A stretch of DNA of 64,000 bases, from contig JALUTT010000176.1 of the NCBI GenBank assembly GCA_027021705.1, positions 1 through 64,000 of the forward strand, written 5' to 3'. The DNA comes from Anaerolineae bacterium. GTDB lineage: Bacteria; Chloroflexota; Anaerolineae; S140-20. The position numbers were made by a program, and so were the translations under genes. A model generated the notes under the pieces. It saw nothing but the letters and a program-made list of their open reading frames with translations. It ran no database searches and was not told where the DNA came from. Below are positions 1-9,573 of the stretch, piece after piece (position 1 is the first letter of the stretch; the number at the start of each line of letters is the position of its first letter).

Positions 1-99
1 AACCCACCCTCCCCCTCCCGTCCCAGAGCCACCTTTCGCCCCAGGCCGGAGACCACCCCGCCCTCGTTTGCTTTTTCCGCCTATCCCTCGCGCCTCCGT

Positions 100-226
100 T
101 CCTAACGATGGCGTCAGCGGCGCGGCGTCGCCGTCCAACGGCCATTGCGGGCGTATGATTTTAGGCCGAAATTTCGCCGACGTTCGCGCGCGGCGTAGCC
201 GCGTCCGCTGCACGCGGGGTTAGCGC
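100..226 (-). mobile_element. attC: Integron attC recombination site
   Basis: Minus strand reads GCGCTAAC-cccgcgtgcagcggacgcggc...gccgcgccgctgacgccatc-GTTAGGA: inverse core and GTTRRR core, imperfect long palindrome, about 126 bp. The upstream gene's TAA lies inside the inverse core. Confidence 0.9.
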
Positions 227-1365
227 TGTCGTCCTGAGGTACGCAAGTGTTTACCTTCACCAGATAATAAATAATGCACTGTCAACGGGTGCATGTCTAT
301 TCTCAGATAATCTCCGTGACCTTCCTTGCTAACGCTGGCCAGAAAAGTGCTCTCTATCTCATTCAAGTAACGATCTATCTTTTGCGGAGAAGAAGATCCA
401 AGGAGGTTGTACAAACTTTGCATCGGCAGAAGACTCCGCTCTTCATTTACCGAACGCGCAAATTCTTTCAGGAGTGTCTTATGTGCAGGGCTAAGAAGTT
501 CTAATAATGATTGGTATAAATATTCCTGCACATTCTCTTTATCCCATTGCTGTAACAACAAGGCATCTATTCCCTTTAATTGGTGCCACCCTCTTTTTGA
601 TAAAAGAGCAATGGAGAGCTTGATAAACAGCGGATTACCACGCGCAAACCTTAAAATTAGAGCTTTTTCCTCTGTTTTTAACTTAAGCTCGCGCTCCCTC
701 GCCAAACTATCTAAAAACTCTTCAGCCACTTCGTTTGGCATGGGAGAAATTATAGTTGTGTAAACTCCATTAATCTCAAAAGTGCTGATTTCTTTACGTG
801 AAGTGAGTATAACCTGGCTAGGCCAAGGCACATCCTGCACAAAATCAAATACTCGCCGTCTTTCCTTTAAAACCCAGCTATCAACATCGTCGATTACTAC
901 TATAACCTTTCGCCCTTCAAGCAAGCTATACACAGTATCCTGAAGATCAAAAAGAGCATCCTCCCTATTCATTACGTTTTTAAACACTTTTGTCAAGGGG
1001 CTTTCCATTACTTCCAGGATTAGGTACAGTAAATCAAAAAGGGTGGCTGCGAAAATTCCTTTATGCTTTATCCGTTTTTGGTAAAAAGAAACAGAAAAAC
1101 GTTTTCTCACACTCAACTCACGCTGTTTTGCTGTAGCCCATACAACTCCTTCTACCGCATGCAAGCCACTCTCTACTTGTTGAAACGCCACCTTGGATAC
1201 TATCGTTGTTTTGCCAACCCCAGCCTCACCACACACAGCCACAATAGGGCGCTTCAACTGAAAGAGCGCTCTTTCTATCTGTTGGATTTCTTTGCCCCTA
1301 TCAAAAATTTTTGCGACCTCTTCGCGTCCATATGGGAGATTATTAAGGACTTCGCTCTTCCTCAT
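220..1365 (-). CDS. NB-ARC/STAND-type P-loop ATPase, 381 aa, no obvious effector or sensor domain (cassette gene 2)
   Basis: Walker A GEAGVGKT, Walker B VIVVIDDVD, sensor-1 ILTSR, GxP motif ARGNPL, MHD-like MHPL. RBS AGGAGGAG precedes ATG at 1365. AT-rich. Confidence 0.8.
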   Translation of the reverse strand: MRKSEVLNNLPYGREEVAKIFDRGKEIQQIERALFQLKRPIVAVCGEAGVGKTTIVSKVAFQQVESGLHAVEGVVWATAKQRELSVRKRFSVSFYQKRIKHKGIFAATLFDLLYLILEVMESPLTKVFKNVMNREDALFDLQDTVYSLLEGRKVIVVIDDVDSWVLKERRRVFDFVQDVPWPSQVILTSRKEISTFEINGVYTTIISPMPNEVAEEFLDSLARERELKLKTEEKALILRFARGNPLFIKLSIALLSKRGWHQLKGIDALLLQQWDKENVQEYLYQSLLELLSPAHKTLLKEFARSVNEERSLLPMQSLYNLLGSSSPQKIDRYLNEIESTFLASVSKEGHGDYLRIDMHPLTVHYLLSGEGKHLRTSGRQR

Positions 1366-1381
1366 AGCACACTCCTCCTGC

Positions 1382-2158
1382 TTACTCAAACAAAGCCACC
1401 TTGCCAGTCTGAATAGGCAATTCTGAAAAACCACTATCCTTGCTCCGAAACACACGTCCTATACTATTTTGACATCGGTAGTCCAATATTTCTACCTGCA
1501 TGTATTTCGCGTTTTGCCATGGGATATAGGGAAAATATACAAATATTGAAGAGCCAGCACTAATTTCCACTCTTTTAATGGGCGTCCAGAATTCTTTTGC
1601 CATTGTTTCACTGCTGTCTATATCCATATAATAAGTCACCCTAATGTAAAGAGCCAACGAATATGCGCTACCTTCAGCATAAATTTGATGATTCTCCACC
1701 TTTATCTTAACATAACGCAGGGGGGCTCTGCTACCACTCGTTGCCGAACGCGCAAATCCTTGTAACATCATCCACAAGTCTCGGTAATCACGATACTTAG
1801 ATTCAGATTTAGGCAGCAAGTCTTCTCTTTCTTCGCACAACCAACACACGCTTCCTGCATTCTTAACCTCATTCTCGGGCACCAATGAAGGATAAGGAAT
1901 GAATTTGAGCAAGGGGGTGCTATGAAGTCGCTTTTCCACCTCTTTCCAATGATTTTCTATGATCAACCAAAGCAAAGACAAAATTCCAGCTCCACCACCC
2001 ACCTGAGACAGAATATCAAGCCAATCTTTTTTAGGACCCATTGGATATCGCGGAGCTAAAAACGCCTTCACCAAAACAACCAAGGCTCCCACACTAATTA
2101 GAGAAACACAGAAGGTCAACGTACATCGTAATCGCAGATGCCGCACCAATTGCTTCAT
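1382..2158 (-). CDS. Hypothetical membrane protein with two N-terminal TM helices (cassette gene 1)
   Basis: 258-aa AT-rich ORF, GGAGGG RBS, two hydrophobic segments near the N-terminus, 16-bp gap to the ATPase gene. Confidence 0.75.
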   Translation of the reverse strand: MKQLVRHLRLRCTLTFCVSLISVGALVVLVKAFLAPRYPMGPKKDWLDILSQVGGGAGILSLLWLIIENHWKEVEKRLHSTPLLKFIPYPSLVPENEVKNAGSVCWLCEEREDLLPKSESKYRDYRDLWMMLQGFARSATSGSRAPLRYVKIKVENHQIYAEGSAYSLALYIRVTYYMDIDSSETMAKEFWTPIKRVEISAGSSIFVYFPYIPWQNAKYMQVEILDYRCQNSIGRVFRSKDSGFSELPIQTGKVALFE

Positions 2159-2189
2159 GGCAAAATCCCTCCACAGCAAATATTACCAC

Positions 2190-2215
2190 GCGCTAACATG
2201 TACTTATGCGGAAAG
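2190..2215 (-). mobile_element. attI: Probable attI site and cassette start
   Basis: Minus strand GCATAAG-TACAT-GTTAGCGC: degenerate L box, 5-bp spacer, core. GTTAGCGC is the exact complement of the cassette's terminal GCGCTAAC. No attC-like hairpin upstream. Confidence 0.75.
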
Positions 2216-2220
2216 ACCTC

Positions 2221-2325
2221 GTATATACTCCTAGATGCAAAAGGCATCTACTCGTAGATACTTTTCCCTCCGACCCGTATGGGCATATACCGCTATATGC
2301 CTTCTATGCATCTACTCCTATATGC
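2221..2325. promoter_or_regulatory. Four 18-bp palindromic operator-like boxes GYATMTA-N4-TAKATRC
   Basis: Copies at 2221, 2244, 2283 and 2308: gtatatactcctagatgc, gcatctactcgtagatac, gcatataccgctatatgc, gcatctactcctatatgc. Confidence 0.65.
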
Positions 2326-2490
2326 CTCCCTCCGCCGCTCTCTGCACCCCCACATCCCGCGGAGGGCGAGGACACCGCCCCTCCCCCTCGGCAGCTCACC
2401 GATTCAAAAACCCCGAGAACCCCCAAACCGCTGAGTCCCCCGAGACCTCCGCAAGAAGAGCGCCCCATCAAGGGGATTCCGGCCGGCCGA

Positions 2491-2861
2491 ACCATCCGTT
2501 CAATCCGCCCCCCCAATCCGCTGACAGCAGACCACCAAAACCATCCGTCCAATCCGCTCTCCCCAATCCGCTGACAGCAAACCATCAAAACCATCCGTTC
2601 AATCCGTTCCCCGAATCCGTTGACAGCAAACCATCAAAACCACCCGTTCAATCCGCCCCCCCAATCCGCTGACAGCAAACCATCAAAACCATCCGTCCAA
2701 TCCGCCCCCCGAATCCGTTGACAGCAGACCATCAAAACCACCCGTTCAATCCGCTCCCCCAATCCGCTGACAGCAGACCGTCAAAACCATCCGTTCAATC
2801 CGCCCCCCCAATCCGCTGACAGCAGACCATCAAAACCACCCGTTCAATCCGCTGACAGCAG
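2491..2861. repeat. Tandem repeat, ~49-bp unit, ~8 copies
   Basis: GACAGCA recurs at 2523, 2573, 2622, 2671, 2720, 2769, 2818, 2854. Unit approximates accatccgttcaatccgccccccaatccgctgacagcagaccatcaaa. Confidence 0.95.
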
Positions 2862-2933
2862 ATCGCCGGGCCACCCCCACCGGCCCCACCTCTTGCTCCC
2901 TGCCCCCTGCCCCTTGCCCCTTGCTTACCCCCC

Positions 2934-2942
2934 ATTGTACCA
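2934..2942 (-). promoter_or_regulatory. Extended -10 promoter candidate (TG-G-TACAAT) facing attI
   Basis: Minus strand ctgTGgTACAATggg. Confidence 0.45.
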
Positions 2943-2945
2943 CAG

Positions 2946-3068
2946 AAAAACTACGAAAAACTACGGACTTACTTTAAGCTCCTTCAGCGCTCCCAGAAAA
3001 AACTGCGAGAAACTGCAGCGAACTGCAGCAAACTGCGAAAAACTGCGAGAAACTGCGGCGAACTGCAA
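2946..3068. repeat. 10-bp-period AACTGC/AACTAC repeats
   Basis: AACTGC at 3001, 3011, 3021, 3031, 3041, 3051, 3061; AACTAC at 2949 and 2959. Confidence 0.9.
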
Positions 3069-3093
3069 CCCGCTCCGCCCCCCACCTCCCCCT

Positions 3094-3439
3094 TCACCCC
3101 TCCTCCACAATCCGATCCTCCAGCCCCAACGCCACCACCCGGTCGTACCGCAGCCGCCACACCTTCGCCCCCCGATCCCACCGCCCCCCCGCCTCCCGAA
3201 CCCGCCTCTGCAACGCCTTCTCCTCCCACCCCACCCGCACGGCCACCACCTCCTCATCCCCATAACGCCGAGACCGAGGCTCCCAATCCACCTCCTCCAC
3301 GATCAACTCCACCGTCTTGTACCGCTTCCCCCATTCCGCATCGTACCGATACCGCCACGCAGACCAACCGATCCCCGTACTCCTCCACCAACTTGCGGGT
3401 TCCCCGCTGCCCCGGCTTCAGCGTCAATCGCGTCCGCAT
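3094..3439 (-). pseudogene. Frameshifted small hypothetical gene (~114 aa) between intI and attI
   Basis: MRTRLTLKPGQRGTRKLVEEYGDRLVCV joins RYRYDAEWGKRYKTVELIVEE...AGGRWDRGAKVW...EEG* if one extra G near 3355 is removed. RBS is present. Confidence 0.75.
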
Positions 3440-3597
3440 CCCCTTGCGCTCCTCGCCTTCTTGAGGTAAAATCCCCCAACCACCCGGAACACAAACCGGG
3501 CACCCCAGGCACCATCGGGGGAGATGACCACCACGCAGTTCCCCAATGGCCCCCACGAGTGCCCGGCATCCAGGCCCGTTTCGCTCAGCTTGCGCCC

Positions 3598-3627
3598 ATT
3601 ATAGCATGCCTCCCGCCGCCAGGTCAA
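3598..3627 (-). promoter_or_regulatory. Sigma70-type promoter (Pc-like) facing the small gene and attI
   Basis: Minus strand TTGACC-N18-TATAAT with a TG extension; adjoins the intI RBS. Confidence 0.65.
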
Positions 3628-3640
3628 GAGGAGGTACCCC

Positions 3641-4020
3641 GTCTTGCGCCACCAAGAACCTCTCCAAATCCTGCTCAACCGACTCCGAGACACCATCTCG
3701 TCTCCGTCCGGGCCAAGAAACCCCAACGCCTCCCCACCGTCCTCTCCCGCGAAGAGGTCCGGCGCCTCCTCGACGCCCTCTCCGGCACCCACCAACTGAT
3801 GGCCAAGCTCCTCTACGGCTCCGGCCTCCGGCTGATGGAATGCGTGCGCCTGCGCGTCAAAGACCTCGACTTCGCCCACCGAGCCATCCTCGTCCTGGAG
3901 ACCGGCTACGACATCCGCACCGTCCAGGACCTGCTGGGCCACAAAGACATACGGACCACCATGCGCTACACCCACATCCTCCGGCGGGGCGGCCTCGCCG
4001 TCCGCAGCCCCCTCGACTGA
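3641..4020 (+). pseudogene. intI: Integron integrase remnant with two large internal deletions
   Basis: RAKKPQRLPTVLSREEV...LLYGSGLRLMECVRLRVKDLDF and LETGYDIRTVQDLLGHKDIRTTMRYTH..RGGLAVRSPLD are IntI signatures. The GKG to HxxR region is missing (junction ~3894). The N-terminal LLNRLRDTI lies in another frame after a GAGGAGG RBS. Confidence 0.9.
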
Positions 4021-4162
4021 CCCTCCCTTCCCCCCCATACTCCCTCAGACTCTGAGGCCCGTACCCGCCGTCCACCCTCGGCGGTCCGCAGTCTGCCGTC
4101 GGCGGTCCGTATCCGCCGTCGGCGGTCCGTATCCGCCATCCGCGCTCGACCCCGGCGGCCCC

Positions 4163-4191
4163 TTGTAGATTCGACCTGAGTGGTGTACAAT
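4163..4191 (+). promoter_or_regulatory. Promoter candidate for proS
   Basis: TTGTAG-N17-TACAAT. Confidence 0.5.
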
Positions 4192-4193
4192 AA

Positions 4194-5672
<1,479 letters not shown>

Positions 5673-5677
5673 CGACC

Positions 5678-6340
5678 ATGACCGACCCCCGCAGCAAAGC
5701 CCTGGAAGTCCACCGTCGTCTCGTCGAGCAGTACGGCGAGCGGCCCTGGCGTCCCCGCCTGGACCCCGTCGCCGAACTGGTCTCCACCATCCTCAGCCAG
5801 AACACCAACGACCGGCTGCGGGACCAAGCCTTCGAGCGGCTGCGGGAGCGCTTCCCCACCTGGGAGGCGGTTCGGGACGCCCCCGTTGAGGCGATCTTCC
5901 AGGCGATCCAGGTGGCCGGCCTGGGCCGGCAGAAGGCCCGCCGCATCAAAGAAGCCCTGCAGCGCATCAGCCGGGAGCGCGGGACCTTGGAACTCGACTT
6001 CCTGCGCCAGATGTCCGTGGAGGAAGCCCGTCGCTGGCTCACCTCCTTCAACGGCATCGGACCCAAGACGGCGGCCATCATCCTCCTCTTCGCCCTGGGA
6101 ATGCCCGCCTTCCCCGTGGACACCCACGTCCACCGGGTGAGCAAACGGCTGGGGCTCATCCCCCCAAAGGCGTCGCGGGAGAAAGCCCACGGGCTGCTGG
6201 AGGAGATGATGCCCCCGGAGACCTACTACACCTTTCACCTGAACCTGATCCGCCACGGTCGGGAGGTCTGCCAGGCCCGCCGACCCCGCTGTGAGCGCTG
6301 CTTCCTGAAGGACCTGTGCGACTTCTACGCATCTCGCTGA
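5678..6340 (+). CDS. nth: Endonuclease III-family HhH-GPD glycosylase
   Basis: LSQNTND, HhH motif GIGPKTA, PVDTHV, 4Fe-4S motif CQARRPRCERCFLKDLC. Confidence 0.9.
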   Translation: MTDPRSKALEVHRRLVEQYGERPWRPRLDPVAELVSTILSQNTNDRLRDQAFERLRERFPTWEAVRDAPVEAIFQAIQVAGLGRQKARRIKEALQRISRERGTLELDFLRQMSVEEARRWLTSFNGIGPKTAAIILLFALGMPAFPVDTHVHRVSKRLGLIPPKASREKAHGLLEEMMPPETYYTFHLNLIRHGREVCQARRPRCERCFLKDLCDFYASR

Positions 6341-6352
6341 CATCGGTGACCT

Positions 6353-7000
6353 ATGGCTCCTGAGCAGTTGCTCTTCGTCCGACACGCCGAGACCGTCGCC
6401 AACCGAGAGCGCCGCTGGCAGGGCCAGCGCCACGACGGGGAGATCACGCCGCGAGGCTACCGCCAGATCGAAGCGGTAGCCCGTCGGCTCGCCGACCTGC
6501 GGGGGAGCGTCGCCGCCCTCTACACCAGCCCCCTCCGCCGCGCCCTGGAGACGGCCCAGGCCATCGGCCAGGCCCTGGACCTCTCTCCCATCGTCGAGCC
6601 TGGCTTCCGGGAGATAGACTTTGGCCAACTGGACAGCCTGACCAGCCAGGAGATTCGGGACCGCCATCCCGCCTTCTTCGCTGCCTGGCAGCGACGGGAC
6701 AACCTGGACCTGACCTGGCCGGGGGGTGAGCGGCGGCTCGACTTCCACCGGCGGGTCCGTGCCGCGCTGGAGCGGGTCCTGAACCGCCACAACGGCTCCC
6801 GGGTGGTCATCGTCGCCCACGGAGGAACCATCTGGGCCGGCCTCTGCCACCTGCTCCACTGGTCCATCGAGGCCTCGGTCCCGCCCTACTTCATCAATTG
6901 CAGCCTGACCCGCCTTCGCCACGACCCCCTGTGGGGGTGGCGGCTCTTGACGCTGAACGAGGCCTGTCACCTGGAGGGCCTGGTGGACGACCTGCTCTGA
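6353..7000 (+). CDS. Histidine phosphatase family protein
   Basis: FVRHAET, SPLRRA, REIDFG, VAHGG motifs. Confidence 0.9.
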   Translation: MAPEQLLFVRHAETVANRERRWQGQRHDGEITPRGYRQIEAVARRLADLRGSVAALYTSPLRRALETAQAIGQALDLSPIVEPGFREIDFGQLDSLTSQEIRDRHPAFFAAWQRRDNLDLTWPGGERRLDFHRRVRAALERVLNRHNGSRVVIVAHGGTIWAGLCHLLHWSIEASVPPYFINCSLTRLRHDPLWGWRLLTLNEACHLEGLVDDLL

Positions 7001-7157
7001 CCCCGCCGGCCGGTAGATAGCCTGCCGGCCCTCGGCAGGACCGTGACCCGGTGGCAGGAGATGGCAACGTCCAAGCGAAAGGCCACCCGCAGCCCTGAAC
7101 TTTCGAGATTCAGGGCCGCAACTGCGCCCGACCGATGACGCCAGACCAGGAGGCCCT

Positions 7158-9461
7158 ATGACGGAACATCGCTCCTTGATCCGCCGCTGGCTCGCCTACG
7201 AGCGTGAGGTCAACGCTGCCCGCTTCTGGACCGAAACCCAGACCGGCGAAGAGGCGGAGGTGGAGATCTCCTTCCCCTATCCTGACGTCGTCCGGCTGCG
7301 GATGGCCCCGGACCGGCTGGGACCGCCTCGAAACCGGCTGCTCGTCGCCGACGGCCTCCCCGCCTTTGGCTTCACCTTCGCCGCCGACGCCCAAGGGCTC
7401 ACCCTTTCCACCCCCTTCCTCCACGTCCGCGTCGCCCGCGACCCCTGGCAGGTCCGGGTGACCGACGGCCAAGGCCGGCTCCTCTTCGTCCAACGGACGG
7501 ACGACGTGACCATCGCAGGACAGCCTGAGATCACCACCTTCGGCTGGGAGACAGACCCCCAAGGCGGCCGTCGGCTCCACGAAGCCTTCGCCCTCACCCC
7601 CGACGAAAAGCTCTACGGCTTCGGCGAGCGCTTCGTCCCCATCAACCAGCGTGGTCTGCGCTTCGTCGCCTGGACCACCGACACCCATAGCACCTCCAGC
7701 CAGCGGAGCTACAAGCCCGTCCCCTTCTTCCTGAGCAACCGGGGCTGGGCCCTCCTCATCCACAGCACGGCCCGCATCCACTTCGACCTGGGCTACCGCT
7801 CCACCATCAGCGCCGGCTTCGGCGTCGAGGACGAGGAACTGGACTACTTCCTCATCGGGGGAGCCCGTCCCCCCGACCTCCTGCGCCGCTACTGGGACCT
7901 GACCGGAACCCCGCCCGTCCCCCCCAAGTGGTCCTTCGGCTTCTGGAGCTCCCGCTGCAGCTACCGGAGCCGGGCCGAGGTCGAGGAGATCGCCGCCGAG
8001 TACCGCCGGCGGGGCATCCCCTGTGACGTGATCCACCTGGACCCCTACTGGATGGGGCCGCCGGGGCGGTGGTGCACCCTCACCTGGGACGAGGAAGCCT
8101 TCCCCAACCCGGCAGAGATGATCGCCCGGCTGCGCCAACAGGGCTTCCGCCTCTCCCTGTGGGAGAACCCCTACATTCCCTACGGCACGCCCCTGTATGA
8201 GGAAGGGGCGGCCGCCGGCTACTTCGTCCGTGACGAGGGCGGCGAGCCCTACCTGATCCCCGGCTGGGCCGAGGGCATGCCCCCCCTCGCCGTGGTGGAC
8301 TTCACCAACCCCGAGGCAGCGGCCTGGTGGCAGGAGAAGCACCGTCCGCTGCTGGCCCAGGGCGTCGCCGTCTTCAAGACCGACTTCGGCGAGAGCGCCC
8401 CGGCCGGCGGTCGCTACCACGACGGCACCCCCGGCGAGCAGGTCCACAACCTCTACCCCCTCCTCTACAACCGGACCGTCTTCCAGGTGGTGGACGAAGC
8501 TTCGCAGGGGCGGGGGATGGTCTGGGCTCGGGCGGCCACCGCCGGCTCCCAGCGCTACCCCGTCCACTGGGGCGGCGACAGCCGGGCCACCTTCGACCAC
8601 ATGGCCGCCAGCCTGCGGGGAGGGCTGAACCTCATCCTCTCCGGCTTCGCCTACTGGAGCCACGACATCGGCGGCTTCATCCACGAGAGCGACCCCGCCC
8701 TCTACGTCCGTTGGGCCCAGCTCGGCCTCTTCTCCTCCCACGCCCGTGCCCATGGGACGACCCCCCGGGAACCTTGGGCCTTCGATGAGGAGGTCGAGGC
8801 CATCTTCCGCCGCTACGTCCGGCTCCGCTACCGTCTGCTCCCCTACATCTACAGTTGCGCCGCCCGCACCGCCGAGACGGGACGGCCGCTGATGCGTCCC
8901 CTCCTGCTGGACTACCCCGACGACCCCACCACCCACACCCTGGACCTGGAGTACCTCTTCGGTGACGCCTTCTTGGTCGCCCCCGTCTTCGCCCCGGAGG
9001 CCGACGTGCCCGTCTACCTGCCCCGGGGCAACTGGATTGACTACTGGACCAAGGCGGTCCACGCCGGGCCGGGCTGGATCACCCGCCACGCCCCCCTCGA
9101 CCTGCTGCCCCTCTTCGTCCGGGAGGGGGCCATCATCCCTATGGGGCCGGAGATGGACTACGTGGACCAGAAGCCGCTGGACCCCCTGACCCTCGACCTC
9201 TACCCGGCCGGCGAGGGCCACTTCCTCCTGCTGGACGAAGAGGCCCCGCCCGTCGAGATCGCCTACCAAATGAACCACGACGCCCTGGAGTTGACGGTGG
9301 AGGGCTACACCGGCCAGGTGGAGGTGCTGATCCACGGGCTGCCGGAGCCCTGGGAAGTGCGCGTCAACGGGGCACCGCTGGCGGCGTGGGACTACCGGGA
9401 CGGTCAGGCTACGCTCACCTTCCCGACCGAGAAACGCGGAGAGCTCACCGTGCGCTTCTAG
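7158..9461 (+). CDS. GH31 glycoside hydrolase, alpha-xylosidase (YicI-like)
   Basis: YGFGERF, FKTDFGE nucleophile motif, WGGD, WSHDIGGF. Confidence 0.9.
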   Translation: MTEHRSLIRRWLAYEREVNAARFWTETQTGEEAEVEISFPYPDVVRLRMAPDRLGPPRNRLLVADGLPAFGFTFAADAQGLTLSTPFLHVRVARDPWQVRVTDGQGRLLFVQRTDDVTIAGQPEITTFGWETDPQGGRRLHEAFALTPDEKLYGFGERFVPINQRGLRFVAWTTDTHSTSSQRSYKPVPFFLSNRGWALLIHSTARIHFDLGYRSTISAGFGVEDEELDYFLIGGARPPDLLRRYWDLTGTPPVPPKWSFGFWSSRCSYRSRAEVEEIAAEYRRRGIPCDVIHLDPYWMGPPGRWCTLTWDEEAFPNPAEMIARLRQQGFRLSLWENPYIPYGTPLYEEGAAAGYFVRDEGGEPYLIPGWAEGMPPLAVVDFTNPEAAAWWQEKHRPLLAQGVAVFKTDFGESAPAGGRYHDGTPGEQVHNLYPLLYNRTVFQVVDEASQGRGMVWARAATAGSQRYPVHWGGDSRATFDHMAASLRGGLNLILSGFAYWSHDIGGFIHESDPALYVRWAQLGLFSSHARAHGTTPREPWAFDEEVEAIFRRYVRLRYRLLPYIYSCAARTAETGRPLMRPLLLDYPDDPTTHTLDLEYLFGDAFLVAPVFAPEADVPVYLPRGNWIDYWTKAVHAGPGWITRHAPLDLLPLFVREGAIIPMGPEMDYVDQKPLDPLTLDLYPAGEGHFLLLDEEAPPVEIAYQMNHDALELTVEGYTGQVEVLIHGLPEPWEVRVNGAPLAAWDYRDGQATLTFPTEKRGELTVRF

Positions 9462-9573
9462 GGATTCTTCGACACCACCGCCCCCCGTACCGCTGTGGTC
9501 GGCGGTCAGCGGTCGGCGGTCAGCAATCAGCGGTCGGCCCACCAACCGGCCCACAGACAAGGAGTAAGCTCCG

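Noticed and set aside
1..99. A second cassette gene beyond attC
   Set aside because: Too little sequence; no start codon or ORF can be supported inside the window.
2206..2672. Pro-rich ORFs over the attI and repeat region
   Set aside because: They arise from C-rich and tandem-repeat DNA and have no RBS or recognisable motifs.
2491..2861. CRISPR array
   Set aside because: Whole units repeat with no unique spacers, and no cas genes are present.
2893..4020. 375-aa ORF as a full-length functional integrase
   Set aside because: The first ~265 codons are Pro-rich read-through antisense to another gene; only the 3' part is IntI-like and it lacks catalytic motifs.
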